Of a DNA stretch of 64,000 nt, positions 53,078 through 64,000 are shown piece after piece (position 1 is the stretch's first letter; every line of letters starts with the position of its first letter). The DNA lies in the NCBI RefSeq assembly GCF_055900595.2, contig NZ_CM148325.1. One strand, given 5' to 3'. The notes beneath the pieces are model-generated. The model made no database searches, was not told the origin of the DNA, and saw only the letters and a program-made list of their open reading frames with translations. The translations under genes were made by a program, and so were the position numbers.

Positions 53078-56000
53078 TTATTCCGGGCGTGGCTTCAGCG
53101 GGAAGCGGCGGCGCACCAGCACAAAGAACAGCGGCACGAAGTAAATAGCCAGAATCGTGGCCGAAATCATCCCGCCCATTACGCCAGTACCCACCGCATG
53201 CTGGCCACCGGAACCGGCCCCCGTGCTGGTTGCCATTGGCAATACGCCGAAGATAAAGGCCAGAGAGGTCATCAGAATCGGACGTAAACGCTGACGGCAG
53301 GCGTGGAGCGTCGCTTCAAACAGGTCGTGGCCTTTTTGGTTCATCTCGTTAGCAAACTCGACGATCAGGATGGCGTTTTTCGCCGATAAACCAATGACCG
53401 TTAACAGGCCTACCTGGAAGTAAACGTCGTTTTCCAGCCCGCGCAGCCAGGTTGCCAGCAGCGCGCCGATAACGCCCAGCGGCACGACCAGCATTACCGA
53501 GAACGGCACTGACCAGCTTTCATACAGCGCCGCCAGACACAGGAATACCACCAGCAATGAAATGGCATACAGCGCCGGAGCCTGCGCGCCGGAAAGCCGC
53601 TCCTGATACGACATCGCCGTCCACTCCAGACCAAAGCCGTTTGGCAGCTGCTTCACTAACGATTCCATAATATCCATCGCCGTACCGGTGCTGACCCCCG
53701 GCGCGGCTTCCCCGACAATCTCTACCGCTGAATAACCGGTATAGCGTTCCAGACGCGGCGAGCCTGTTTCCCAGCGTGAGGTCGCGAAAGCAGAGAAGGG
53801 GACCATGCCACCATCTTTATTTCGTACATACCAGAGATTGATGTCATCTGGCAGCATGCGATATGGCGCAGCGGCCTGCACATAGACTTTCTTCACGCGA
53901 CCGCGATCCATAAAGTCATTCACATAGCTCGAACCCCACGCGGTTTGCAGCGTGTCGTTAATATCGTCGATAGCAACGCCCAGCGCCTGAGCTTTACGCT
54001 GATCGATATCAATCTGCAACTGCGGACTGTCGTCGAGGCCGTTATGGCGTACACGGGTTAACTCCGGATTTTCCGCCGCCAGAGCCAGCAACTGGTTACG
54101 TGCTGCCATCAGCGCATCGTGACCCGCACCAGCGTGGTCCTGCAACTCCATATCAAAACCCGCAGAACTGCCAAGGCCGCTAATTGCTGGCGGGCTGCTG
54201 GCGATAACGCGAGCTTCTTTAATCTTATTAAATTCCTTCGTTGCTCGTTCGATAATGGCAAACGAGGTGCCGGTCTTACTGTCGCGTTCGCTCCAGTCTT
54301 TCAGGCGGATAAACATTCGTGCCACGTTTTGCCCGTTCCCCCCGGGGCCAGAACCAACGGTGGCAAACACCGACATGATATTGTCTTTTTCATGGGTGAA
54401 GTAATACTTCTCGATTTGCTCAACGACTTTCAGGGTCTGTTGCTGAGTTGAACCGCTGGGTAATTGCACCGAGGTAGTGAACATGCCACGGTCTTCCAGT
54501 GGCAAGAACGACGTCGGCAAACGCAGGAACAGGAACACCATGCCGCCAAGCAGCAGGACATAAATCACAATCCAGCGCAGGCTACGGTGGAGAATTTTCG
54601 CTACCCCTTTTTCGTAGCGTTCGGCGTTACGATTAAACATCTGGTTAAACCAGGCAAAAAAGCCTTTTTGCCCGTGATGCTCACCTTTTTTCAGCGGCTT
54701 AAGTAGCGTGGCGCACAGAGCCGGAGTGAGGATCATCGCTACCAGTACTGACAGCACCATCGCCGCAACAATGGTAATAGAGAACTGGCGATAGATAGCT
54801 CCGGTGGTGCCACCGAAGAAGGCCATTGGCACAAATACCGCCGACAGCACCATCGCAATCCCGACCAGTGCCCCCTGGATCTGCCCCATCGATTTACGTG
54901 TGGCTTCGCGAGGAGTGAGTCCTTCCTCACTCATAATACGTTCGACGTTTTCCACCACCACGATGGCGTCATCCACCAGCAGACCGATCGCCAGCACCAT
55001 CGCGAACATGGTTAAGGTGTTGACGCTGTAACCGAAGGCGTAAAGTACGGAGAAGGTTCCCATCAACACCACCGGCACGGCGATAGTTGGTATCAGCGTG
55101 GCACGGAAGTTTTGCAAGAACAGATACATAACGAGGAAAACCAGGGCGATAGCTTCCAGCAGCGTTTTCACCACGTCTTCAATGGAGGCTTTAACAAATG
55201 AGGTGGTTTCATATGCCACCTTGTATTCCAGTCCATGTGGGAAGTACTGCGTCAGTTCGTCGAGACGATTGAGTACCAGCTCCGCTGTTGCCATTTCGTT
55301 CGCGCCGGAGGCCAGTTTTACCCCCAGCCCGGAGGCTGGCTTACCGTTGAAGCGGCTGAGATAATCGTATTTCTCTGCCCCCATTTCGACGGTGGCGACA
55401 TCGCCCAGCCTTACTTCTGAGCCGTCCTGATTCACCCGTAAGGTGATATCGCGGAACTGTTCTGGTGTTTGCAGCAGTGACTGGGCGTTAATGGTGGCGT
55501 TGAGCGCCTGCTTATCGACGGAAGGCGTACCACCAAGTTGCCCAACCGCAATCTGCGCGTTCTGTGACTCAATGGCATCAGTGACATCTTTAGCCGTCAT
55601 CTGAAAACTGTTGAGTTTCGCCGGGTCCAGCCAGATACGCATTGAATATTGCGAACCATAGGCATCGATATCCCCGACGCCATTCACGCGGCTTAATGGG
55701 TCCTGAATATTACTGGCAACGTAATCGGCAATATCTTGCTTATCCATCGAACCATCGGTAGAGACGAAGGCAATGGTAAGAATGTTGGTATCGCCGGTTT
55801 TACGCACCGTCACGCCCTGATTTTGCACCGCCTGCGGCAACTTTCGCATGGCTGATTGCAGCTGGTTTTGTACTTGCTGCACTGCTTCGTCCGGATCGGT
55901 GCCCGCTTTAAAACTTAAGGTGACAGATGCCTGACCGGTGCCACTGCTTTGAGACGACATATACATGAGATTATCGAGGCCGGTCATATTTTGCTCGATA

Positions 56001-56191
56001 ACCTGGGTCACGGTGTTTTCCAGCGTCTGAGCCGATGCGCCGGGATAGTTAGCGGTTACTCGCACATTAGGCGGTGCAAGATCGGGGTATTGTTCAACGG
56101 GCAATGAGAAAATCGCCAGGGTTCCTGTCAGACACAACAGGATTGCCAGCACCCAGGCAAAAATGGGGCGATCAATAAAGAAATTCGCCAT
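53078..56191 (-). CDS. acrD: RND multidrug/aminoglycoside efflux pump AcrD
   Basis: 1037 aa RND permease ([23 protein letters not shown]...). Confidence 0.95.
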   Translation of the reverse strand: MANFFIDRPIFAWVLAILLCLTGTLAIFSLPVEQYPDLAPPNVRVTANYPGASAQTLENTVTQVIEQNMTGLDNLMYMSSQSSGTGQASVTLSFKAGTDPDEAVQQVQNQLQSAMRKLPQAVQNQGVTVRKTGDTNILTIAFVSTDGSMDKQDIADYVASNIQDPLSRVNGVGDIDAYGSQYSMRIWLDPAKLNSFQMTAKDVTDAIESQNAQIAVGQLGGTPSVDKQALNATINAQSLLQTPEQFRDITLRVNQDGSEVRLGDVATVEMGAEKYDYLSRFNGKPASGLGVKLASGANEMATAELVLNRLDELTQYFPHGLEYKVAYETTSFVKASIEDVVKTLLEAIALVFLVMYLFLQNFRATLIPTIAVPVVLMGTFSVLYAFGYSVNTLTMFAMVLAIGLLVDDAIVVVENVERIMSEEGLTPREATRKSMGQIQGALVGIAMVLSAVFVPMAFFGGTTGAIYRQFSITIVAAMVLSVLVAMILTPALCATLLKPLKKGEHHGQKGFFAWFNQMFNRNAERYEKGVAKILHRSLRWIVIYVLLLGGMVFLFLRLPTSFLPLEDRGMFTTSVQLPSGSTQQQTLKVVEQIEKYYFTHEKDNIMSVFATVGSGPGGNGQNVARMFIRLKDWSERDSKTGTSFAIIERATKEFNKIKEARVIASSPPAISGLGSSAGFDMELQDHAGAGHDALMAARNQLLALAAENPELTRVRHNGLDDSPQLQIDIDQRKAQALGVAIDDINDTLQTAWGSSYVNDFMDRGRVKKVYVQAAAPYRMLPDDINLWYVRNKDGGMVPFSAFATSRWETGSPRLERYTGYSAVEIVGEAAPGVSTGTAMDIMESLVKQLPNGFGLEWTAMSYQERLSGAQAPALYAISLLVVFLCLAALYESWSVPFSVMLVVPLGVIGALLATWLRGLENDVYFQVGLLTVIGLSAKNAILIVEFANEMNQKGHDLFEATLHACRQRLRPILMTSLAFIFGVLPMATSTGAGSGGQHAVGTGVMGGMISATILAIYFVPLFFVLVRRRFPLKPRPE

Positions 56192-56354
56192 TAAAAGAGG
56201 ACCTCGTGTTTCTGCGTATTGTTGTTGGCATGCCTTGCTTCACTGTAGCGGCAAGGTACGGACCAATCGTGGAGAAAAAAAGGAGTTAATGTAAATTATC
56301 ATGCCCTTTTATACTGAACCTTAAGTGCAAGTATTCTTTGGTCAGTAGGTGGCA

Positions 56355-58055
56355 TTACATTAGCTGGCTTTCCTCACCCTCCGCAGAGCGAAAGCTAATA
56401 CTCACTAACGTGCCGCCACCGGAAGGTTGTGAAAAAGTCAGCGTTCCACCCAGTCGTTCCGCGCGTTCGCGCATAATATTCAGACCATAGTGACCTTCGG
56501 GTTCTTTCGGTTCTCCGATGCCAATCCCGTTATCACGGATATAGACTGTGTGATTGCCGTCCGGCGCGGTGACGCAGCTGACGGCTATTTCGCTGGCGTT
56601 GGCGTGCTTCATCGCATTGAGTACCGCTTCGCGAATAATTTGCAACAAATGCACCTGCATTTGCGCATCCAGCGCCAGTGTTGGCAGACGGCAGTCGAGA
56701 GTCAGTTTTGCGCTGGTTTGATTTTGTAACGTATCCAGCATTTCCCGCAACGCGGAGGGAAGATCCGCTTGCTGCAGCGTCAGGCGGAACGTGGTCAACA
56801 GCTCGCGTAACTGTCGATAAGCATCATTCAATGCCTGGGAGAAATCGGCCATGATATTTTGTGCGGTGGCGTTATCTTCCGGTATCGAACGTTTAAGTAA
56901 CGTCAACTGGATACGTAAGTAAGAAAGCACCTGGGCCAGCGAATCATGTAATTCCCGTGCGATGGTGGCACGTTCTTCCATCAACAGTAACTGCTGAAAA
57001 TGCTTCTGCGCCTGATTAAAGTACAAACCGCGTCCCAGCATCGACGAAACGCTGTTAAGCAGCGGTTCTGATGATGACACGTGGCTATTTTGCCAGTGCA
57101 GTTCGCCGTAAACCGTCTCTTGCATCGTTACCGGTAAAATCTGCATCGGCAATTCGGGGTTTGGTTTCCCTTCACTAATCCGCCAGTTTTCACCGACATT
57201 CAACTCCAGATATTCAGCCGCTTCATTGTCGCGAACAATCTGCAAAATATGGCGGAAACAATGCACATCTATCTGGCTGGTGTTCAGCGCCTGCGAACAC
57301 TGATACAACACTTCCAGGCGACGCTTGGCCTCGTGGAGATCACGGGTTTTTTCTTCTACTGACGCTTCCAGCGAACGATACAATTTATGCAGCTCGCTCG
57401 ACATCTGGTTAAAGGTTTTGGCCAACAGTCCCAGCTCATTGGGCAGACTGGTATCCAGCGGCGGCGAATCGAACTGGCCGTGTTCAATACGCTGACTGGC
57501 GGTAACCAGCTGATTCAGCGGGGCAACCACCTGATGGCGTATGCGGCGCAAAGTAAAAAAGACCAGCGTGAAAATACCGATGCCGCCAGCCAGGGAAATC
57601 GCCACCACCAGCAGCATTTTGCGTTCAGCGTAGTGCTGTAAAGCCAGCACGAACAGGTCTATCTGATTAACATAATTATTAATATTGGCCTGATACCACG
57701 GCAAGTCGCCCTTGCTGAGCCGATTATTCATCTCCAGCCAGTTGGCATTCAGATGCGCATAGCGAGTTTTTACTGCCTCTGGCACATACCAGACGTTGAG
57801 ATTGGTTAATACCGGTGAATGCAGTGCCTGCTGAAATAACTGGCGATGTGCATTGAGTTGTGGACTGCCACTTTGCAAGTCGTAGCCCAGGCGGTAACTC
57901 TGCATACGCAGCGATCCGGCAATATTGATAGCCTCAGCGTCGCGCAAACTGCTCGCCAGAGTTAGCAGTGCGGTACCCGTGGAAAGAATCGACAGCAGCA
58001 CAATGTAAAAAAAGGCCCGGGCCAAACTGGCCGAGACGGGGCGTTTAACAATCAC
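56355..58055 (-). CDS. narQ: Nitrate/nitrite sensor histidine kinase NarQ
   Basis: 566 aa from a GTG start at 58055 (MIVKRPVSASLARAFFYIVLL...); HAMP, H-box and HATPase regions. Confidence 0.95.
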   Translation of the reverse strand: MIVKRPVSASLARAFFYIVLLSILSTGTALLTLASSLRDAEAINIAGSLRMQSYRLGYDLQSGSPQLNAHRQLFQQALHSPVLTNLNVWYVPEAVKTRYAHLNANWLEMNNRLSKGDLPWYQANINNYVNQIDLFVLALQHYAERKMLLVVAISLAGGIGIFTLVFFTLRRIRHQVVAPLNQLVTASQRIEHGQFDSPPLDTSLPNELGLLAKTFNQMSSELHKLYRSLEASVEEKTRDLHEAKRRLEVLYQCSQALNTSQIDVHCFRHILQIVRDNEAAEYLELNVGENWRISEGKPNPELPMQILPVTMQETVYGELHWQNSHVSSSEPLLNSVSSMLGRGLYFNQAQKHFQQLLLMEERATIARELHDSLAQVLSYLRIQLTLLKRSIPEDNATAQNIMADFSQALNDAYRQLRELLTTFRLTLQQADLPSALREMLDTLQNQTSAKLTLDCRLPTLALDAQMQVHLLQIIREAVLNAMKHANASEIAVSCVTAPDGNHTVYIRDNGIGIGEPKEPEGHYGLNIMRERAERLGGTLTFSQPSGGGTLVSISFRSAEGEESQLM

Positions 58056-58260
58056 ACGCGTCTTCTCCACATAAAATCATTAATGTTCCAGTTTGCTGAA
58101 ATGCAATTTAGTCAGTGATGGGATTATTTGATCTGCCACAGTTTATAGCGAAATAGTGACTTATTCTGGGCACATGAACATTGCCGATTCCCCTGTAAGT
58201 CGGGTAATAACAACACTCATATAAAGAATAAGGTTTTTACAACCAAAAAAGAAGGTCGTT

Positions 58261-60240
58261 ATGAATCGTTTTATTATGGCCAACAGTCAGCAATGTCTGG
58301 GTTGTCATGCTTGTGAAATCGCCTGCGTCATGGCTCACAATGATGAGCAACATGTCCTGAGCCAACACCATTTTCATCCCCGAATTACGGTTATCAAACA
58401 TCAGCAGCAACGTAGTGCGGTGACCTGTCACCATTGCGAAGATGCGCCCTGTGCCCGTAGTTGCCCTAATGGCGCGATCAGCCATGTTGATGACAGCATT
58501 CAGGTCAATCAGCAAAAGTGTATTGGCTGTAAATCCTGCGTGGTAGCTTGTCCATTTGGTACGATGCAAATCGTCCTGACACCCGTCGCGGCAGGCAAAG
58601 TTAAAGCCACGGCGCATAAATGCGACCTTTGTGCAGGTCGCGAAAGCGGTCCTGCCTGTGTCGAGAATTGTCCGGCGGACGCTCTGCAACTGGTCACTGA
58701 CGCCGCACTCTCCGGCATAGCGAAATCTCGCCGCCTGCGCACCGCACGTCAGGAGCATCAACCGTGGCATGCCAGTACTGGGGCACCAGAAATGCCGGCG
58801 ATGAGTAAAGTCGAGCAAATGCAGGCAACCCCCGCACGAGGCGAGCCGGATAAACTGGCGATTGAAGCGCGCAAAACTGGTTTTGATGAAATTTATCTGC
58901 CATTTCGCGCCGACCAGGCACAACGGGAAGCCTCGCGTTGCCTGAAGTGCGGCGAGCACAGCGTTTGTGAATGGACCTGCCCTCTGCATAACCACATTCC
59001 ACAGTGGATAGAGCTGGTGAAAGCCGGAAATATCGACGCCGCCGTCGAGCTTTCTCACCAGACCAACACCCTGCCAGAAATTACCGGACGCGTTTGTCCG
59101 CAAGACCGTCTGTGCGAAGGAGCCTGCACCATTCGCGATGAGCACGGAGCGGTAACTATCGGCAACATCGAACGCTACATTTCGGATCAGGCGTTGGCGA
59201 AAGGTTGGCGTCCTGACTTAAGCCATGTCACCAAAGTGGATAAGCGGGTGGCGATTATCGGTGCAGGTCCGGCAGGGCTAGCCTGTGCGGATGTTCTGAT
59301 CCGCAATGGCGTGGAGGTGACGGTGTACGATCGCCATCCAGAAATCGGTGGCCTGCTCACCTTCGGCATTCCTTCTTTCAAACTGGATAAGTCCCTGCTG
59401 GCGCGTCGCCGGGAAATCTTCAGCGCGATGGGGATTCACTTCGAACTCAATTGTGAAGTGGGTAAAGATGTCTCTTTGGATTCGCTTTTGGAACAATACG
59501 ACGCGGTCTTCGTTGGCGTAGGCACTTACCGTTCCATGAAAGCGGGTTTACCTAATGAAGATGCGCCGGGCGTTTATGACGCGCTGCCATTCCTCATCGC
59601 CAATACTAAACAGGTGATGGGACTTGAAGAGTTACCTGAAGAGCCGTTTATCAATACCGCCGGACTCAATGTCGTGGTACTGGGCGGTGGCGACACCGCG
59701 ATGGACTGTGTGCGTACCGCGCTGCGCCATGGCGCGAGTAACGTCACCTGTGCCTATCGTCGTGATGAAGCTAACATGCCTGGCTCGAAGAAGGAGGTGA
59801 AGAACGCCCGCGAAGAGGGGGCAAACTTCGAATTTAACGTCCAGCCGGTGGCGCTTGAGCTGAATGAGCAAGGTCATGTTTGCGGAATTCGTTTCCTGCG
59901 TACGCGTCTTGGCGAGCCGGATGCCCAGGGGCGTCGGCGTCCGGTGCCGGTGGAAGGCAGTGAGTTTGTGATGCCAGCAGACGCGGTGATTATGGCGTTT
60001 GGCTTCAATCCGCACGGGATGCCGTGGCTGGAGTCGCACGGTGTAACGGTAGACAAATGGGGCCGCATCATCGCGGATGTGGAAAGCCAGTACCGTTATC
60101 AGACCACGAATCCGAAAATCTTCGCAGGTGGCGATGCCGTGCGTGGTGCGGATCTGGTGGTTACCGCAATGGCAGAAGGACGTCATGCGGCACAGGGGAT
60201 TATTGACTGGCTGGGGGTAAAATCAGTCAAATCTCACTGA
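58261..60240 (+). CDS. aegA: Fused ferredoxin / glutamate-synthase-small-subunit-like oxidoreductase AegA
   Basis: 659 aa. N-terminal 4Fe-4S ferredoxin Cys motifs and C-terminal FAD/NAD(P) Rossmann motifs (GAGPAGL). Confidence 0.9.
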   Translation: MNRFIMANSQQCLGCHACEIACVMAHNDEQHVLSQHHFHPRITVIKHQQQRSAVTCHHCEDAPCARSCPNGAISHVDDSIQVNQQKCIGCKSCVVACPFGTMQIVLTPVAAGKVKATAHKCDLCAGRESGPACVENCPADALQLVTDAALSGIAKSRRLRTARQEHQPWHASTGAPEMPAMSKVEQMQATPARGEPDKLAIEARKTGFDEIYLPFRADQAQREASRCLKCGEHSVCEWTCPLHNHIPQWIELVKAGNIDAAVELSHQTNTLPEITGRVCPQDRLCEGACTIRDEHGAVTIGNIERYISDQALAKGWRPDLSHVTKVDKRVAIIGAGPAGLACADVLIRNGVEVTVYDRHPEIGGLLTFGIPSFKLDKSLLARRREIFSAMGIHFELNCEVGKDVSLDSLLEQYDAVFVGVGTYRSMKAGLPNEDAPGVYDALPFLIANTKQVMGLEELPEEPFINTAGLNVVVLGGGDTAMDCVRTALRHGASNVTCAYRRDEANMPGSKKEVKNAREEGANFEFNVQPVALELNEQGHVCGIRFLRTRLGEPDAQGRRRPVPVEGSEFVMPADAVIMAFGFNPHGMPWLESHGVTVDKWGRIIADVESQYRYQTTNPKIFAGGDAVRGADLVVTAMAEGRHAAQGIIDWLGVKSVKSH

Positions 60241-60307
60241 TAGCCTGCGCAGACAAAACTGACTTCACAGCGTAAGATAATTGTTCATTTCGCGCTGTGG
60301 AGTCGGT

Positions 60308-60883
60308 ATGACGCAACAAATCACCCTCATTAAAGACAAAATTCTCTCCGATAACTATTTCACCCTGCACAACATTACTTACGATCTCACGCGAAAAGAT
60401 GGCGAAGTTATCCGCCATAAACGTGAAGTTTATGATCGCGGTAATGGTGCGACGATCCTCCTGTACAACGCGAAGAAAAAGACCGTCGTTCTGATTCGTC
60501 AGTTCCGCGTCGCTACCTGGGTTAATGGCAATGACAGCGGGCAGTTGATTGAAACCTGCGCCGGGCTGCTGGATAACGACGAACCGGAAGTGTGTATTCG
60601 CAAAGAAGCGATTGAAGAGACGGGGTATGAAGTTGGCGAAGTCCGCAAATTATTTGAACTGTATATGTCGCCAGGCGGTGTGACTGAGCTAATCCACTTT
60701 TTTATCGCCGAATACAGTGACAGCCAGCGCGCTAATGCGGGCGGTGGTGTCGAAGATGAAGATATTGAAGTACTCGAGCTGCCGTTCAGCCAGGCGCTGG
60801 AGATGATCAAAACCGGCGAGATACGTGACGGTAAGACGGTGTTATTGCTTAACTATTTGCAAATGTCACATTTAATGGACTGA
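60308..60883 (+). CDS. nudK: GDP-mannose pyrophosphatase NudK (Nudix hydrolase)
   Basis: 191 aa from ATG at 60308 ([18 protein letters not shown]...); Nudix box [21 protein letters not shown]. Confidence 0.9.
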   Translation: MTQQITLIKDKILSDNYFTLHNITYDLTRKDGEVIRHKREVYDRGNGATILLYNAKKKTVVLIRQFRVATWVNGNDSGQLIETCAGLLDNDEPEVCIRKEAIEETGYEVGEVRKLFELYMSPGGVTELIHFFIAEYSDSQRANAGGGVEDEDIEVLELPFSQALEMIKTGEIRDGKTVLLLNYLQMSHLMD

Positions 60884-61008
60884 AAAATAACAATAATATT
60901 TCGTTGTTTATTATTGGCTCAATCCGATAAATCCGATTGAGCCGCGCTACCTGCGCAACGAAGATACGACTTGTGCTGTTTGTTTGAACTTCTGGGGTCG
61001 TACCGTCC

Positions 61009-62052
61009 ATGCGCTATCGCATTTTTCTTCTCTTTTTTTTCGCTTTATTGCCGACGTCTTTGGTGTGGGCGGCACCAGCGCAACGGGCATTTTCCGACTG
61101 GCAGGTCACCTGTAATAATCAAAATTTCTGTGTGGCGCGCAATACGGGCAATCATAACGGACTGGTGATGACCCTGAGCCGCAGCGCCGGGGCGCGTACC
61201 GATGCCGTTTTACGTATTGAGCGCGGCGGGTTGAAGTCGCCGGATGCGTCAGAAGGGGAGATAGCGCCACGGCTGCTGTTAGATGGCGAGCCGTTGGCGT
61301 TAAGTGGTGACAAGTGGCGGATTTCACCATGGTTATTAGTAACCGATGATACGACAACCATCACCGCGTTTTTGCAGATGATTCAGGAAGGGAAAGCGAT
61401 CACCTTACGCGACGGCGATCAGACCATTTCACTGAGTGGCTTAAAAGCAGCGTTGTTGTTTATTGATGCCCAGCAAAAGCGCCTCGGCAGTGAAACTGCG
61501 TGGATCAAGAAAGGGGACGAACCGCCGCTCAGCGTACCGCCAGCGCCTGCGCTAAAAGAGGTCGCGGTAGTGAACCCGACGCCGACCCCACTTTCTCGTG
61601 AAGAACGTAACGATTTGCTGGATTACGGTAACTGGCGGATGAATGGTCTGCGCTGTTCGCTTGATCCGTTGCGTCGTGAAGTGAATGTGACTGCGCTGAC
61701 CGACGATAAAGCATTAATGATGATTAGCTGTGAAGCAGGCGCGTATAACACCATTGATCTTGCGTGGATTGTGTCGCGTAAAAAGCCACTGGCCTCGCGC
61801 CCGGTACGGTTGCGTTTACCGTTCAACAACGGTCAGGAGACCAATGAACTGGAACTGATGAACGCAACATTCGATGAAAAATCGCGTGAACTGGTGACCT
61901 TAGCGAAAGGGCGCGGATTAAGCGATTGTGGCATTCAGGCGCGCTGGCGCTTTGACGGTCAGCGTTTTCGCCTGGTGCGTTACGCTGCAGAACCCACCTG
62001 CGATAACTGGCATGGACCAGACGCCTGGCCCACGTTGTGGATCACCCGTTAA
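61009..62052 (+). CDS. ypfG: DUF1176-family periplasmic protein YpfG
   Basis: 347 aa with signal peptide. Confidence 0.85.
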   Translation: MRYRIFLLFFFALLPTSLVWAAPAQRAFSDWQVTCNNQNFCVARNTGNHNGLVMTLSRSAGARTDAVLRIERGGLKSPDASEGEIAPRLLLDGEPLALSGDKWRISPWLLVTDDTTTITAFLQMIQEGKAITLRDGDQTISLSGLKAALLFIDAQQKRLGSETAWIKKGDEPPLSVPPAPALKEVAVVNPTPTPLSREERNDLLDYGNWRMNGLRCSLDPLRREVNVTALTDDKALMMISCEAGAYNTIDLAWIVSRKKPLASRPVRLRLPFNNGQETNELELMNATFDEKSRELVTLAKGRGLSDCGIQARWRFDGQRFRLVRYAAEPTCDNWHGPDAWPTLWITR

Positions 62053-62059
62053 ATATAAT

Positions 62060-62180
62060 AGCGGGAACATGTCAGCCTGATAAGACGCGTCAGGCCGGAT
62101 AAGACGCGGTAGGCCGGATAAGACGCGTCAGCGTCGCATCCGGCAATCAGCATCCGGCAATCAGCATCCGGCGATCACCA
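62060..62180. repeat. REP/BIME cluster (tandem REP units)
   Basis: Repeated gccggataagacgcgtcag / gcatccggcaatcagcatccggc units between ypfG and tktB. Confidence 0.75.
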
Positions 62181-64000
62181 TCAGGCACCTTTCACTCCCA
62201 GTACCTTATGCGCTTTTGCCACAATATTCTCGGCGGTAAAGCCAAAGAACGGGAACAGCTTATCCGCAGGAGCAGATTCCCCATAACCCGTCATCCCGAC
62301 AATTGCCCCTTTCAGACCAACATATTTGTACCAGTAATCGGCGATGCCTGCTTCCACCGCCACGCGAGCCGCAACGTTAGAAGACAACACAGACTCCCGA
62401 TATTCCTCATCCTGGGCGTCGAAAATATCGGTCGAGGGCAGGGAAACTACGCGTACATTGCGACCTTCTCCCGCTAATTTCTCCGCTGCTTGCAAGGTGA
62501 TTTCCATCTCTGAACCAGTGGCAATCAAAATAATATCCGGCTTGCCGCCGCTGTCTTTCAACACATAACCACCGCGGGCAATCTCTTTTACCTGATCTGG
62601 CGTACGTTCCACCTGGGCCAGATTCTGTCTTGAGAGGATCAGCGCCGTCGGCCCGTTGTGACGCTCGACCGCCAGCTTCCAGCCCACCGCAGCTTCCACC
62701 TGATCACACGGTCGCCAGGTGCTGAAATTCGGCGTTAAGCGCAGACTTGCAAGTTGTTCAACCGCCTGGTGCGTCGGACCATCCTCCCCCAGACCAATTG
62801 AGTCGTGGGTATAAACCATAATTTGCCGCGCTTTCATCAGTGCCGCCATCCGCGCGGCGTTACGGGCGTATTCAACAAACATCAGGAACGTCGCGGTATA
62901 CGGCACAAAGCCGCCGTGGTGCGCGATGCCGTTGGCGATGGCGGTCATGCCAAATTCACGTACCCCGTAGTGAATATAATTCCCCGCTGGATCTTCCTTC
63001 AGCGACACAGAACCTTTCCAGATGGTGAGGTTGCTGGGAGCCAGATCCGCCGAACCGCCAAGCAGTTCAGGCAGCATGGGCCCGTAAGCGTTAAGCGTAT
63101 TTTGCGAAGCCTTACGAGTAGCGATTTTCGCCGGATTCGCCTGCAACTCATTGATATATTTCTGCGTCGTTTTTTCCCAGTCTTTTGGTAAACCACCGCT
63201 CATCCGGCGAGTAAACTCTTCTGCCAGTTGCGGATGAGCCTTTTTATACGCGGCAAACTTCTCATTCCAGCTCTGCTGTGCTTTTTCGCCTTTTTCGCGA
63301 GCGTCCCAGGCGTGATAAATCTCTTTGGGGATCTCAAATGGCGGATGATGCCAGCCCAGTTTTTGCCGTGCCAATGCCACTTCTTCTTCCCCCAGTGGTG
63401 CGCCATGCGCCTCTTCCTTACCTGCTTTATTCGGCGAACCAAAGCCAATCACCGTACGGCAGATAATCAACGACGGCTTATCTTTTACGCTTTGCGCTTC
63501 AAGAATCGCTTCCTTCACCGCCTGCGGATCGTGACCGTCGATTTCATGGATCACATGCCAGTGATAGGCTTCAAAACGTTTTGCCGTATCGTCGGTAAAC
63601 CAGCCTTCGGTTTCACCGTCGATGGAAATACCATTGTGATCGTAAAAACCAATCAGCTTGCCCAGCCCCAGCGTGCCCGCCAGCGAACAGACTTCGTGAG
63701 AAATACCTTCCATCAGGCAGCCGTCGCCCATAAACACATAGGTGAAGTGATCGATAATTTCATGATCCGGCTGGTTAAACTGCGCCGCTAGTGTACGTTC
63801 TGCTATCGCCAGTCCGACCGCGTTCGCCAAACCTTGTCCAAGTGGACCGGTGGTGGTTTCAACACCAGGCGTATAGCCAATCTCCGGGTGACCAGGGGTT
63901 TTCGAATGCAACTGACGGAAGTTCTTCAGCTCTTCCAGCGGCAGGTCGTAACCGGTCAGATGAAGCAAACTGTAGAGCAGCATCGACGCGTGACCGTTGG
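62181..64000 (-). CDS. tktB: Transketolase 2, C-terminal ~600 codons; 5' end outside window
   Basis: Translation contains transketolase TPP-binding and C-terminal domains (…[10 protein letters not shown]… no; …[14 protein letters not shown]…); the ORF continues past position 64000. Confidence 0.9.
   Translation of the reverse strand, partial: NGHASMLLYSLLHLTGYDLPLEELKNFRQLHSKTPGHPEIGYTPGVETTTGPLGQGLANAVGLAIAERTLAAQFNQPDHEIIDHFTYVFMGDGCLMEGISHEVCSLAGTLGLGKLIGFYDHNGISIDGETEGWFTDDTAKRFEAYHWHVIHEIDGHDPQAVKEAILEAQSVKDKPSLIICRTVIGFGSPNKAGKEEAHGAPLGEEEVALARQKLGWHHPPFEIPKEIYHAWDAREKGEKAQQSWNEKFAAYKKAHPQLAEEFTRRMSGGLPKDWEKTTQKYINELQANPAKIATRKASQNTLNAYGPMLPELLGGSADLAPSNLTIWKGSVSLKEDPAGNYIHYGVREFGMTAIANGIAHHGGFVPYTATFLMFVEYARNAARMAALMKARQIMVYTHDSIGLGEDGPTHQAVEQLASLRLTPNFSTWRPCDQVEAAVGWKLAVERHNGPTALILSRQNLAQVERTPDQVKEIARGGYVLKDSGGKPDIILIATGSEMEITLQAAEKLAGEGRNVRVVSLPSTDIFDAQDEEYRESVLSSNVAARVAVEAGIADYWYKYVGLKGAIVGMTGYGESAPADKLFPFFGFTAENIVAKAHKVLGVKGA

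Overview
Two parts. (1) Positions 1-~12050 are the late-gene block of a P2-like prophage: divergent terminase/portal (P,Q-like, + strand) and scaffold/capsid/small terminase/head completion (O,N,M,L-like, - strand), then tail protein X, a lysis cassette, tail completion R/S and the start of baseplate V (cut by the window edge). The block carries two accessory inserts: a hicAB toxin-antitoxin cassette between S and V, and a ~2.1 kb island between L and X holding a Doc-family toxin operon (Arc-like RHH gene, 62-aa partner, Doc) divergent from three small SD-led genes of unknown function, plus a 78-aa gene. The L-X island is the best candidate for an undescribed phage-borne defence/addiction system. 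(2) Positions ~12850-64000 are colinear, in reverse orientation, with the E. coli K-12 segment yfgI-yfgH-yfgG-pdeF-ppx-ppk-purN-purM-upp-uraA-hda-arsC-bepA-perM-focB-hyfRJIHGFEDCBA-bcp-gcvR-dapA-bamC-purC-ypfJ-tmcA-ypfH-ypfN-dapE-yffB-ypfM-acrD-narQ-aegA-nudK-ypfG-tktB. Between the phage portal gene and yfgI lies ~800 bp of non-coding DNA with a dense array of AAAGGTAACC-type repeats, probably the prophage attachment/cos junction. All calls come from reading the translations and sequence; no database search was run. The ORF track appears to accept GTG/TTG starts, so several starts were re-assigned by hand. No rRNA, tRNA or CRISPR was seen.
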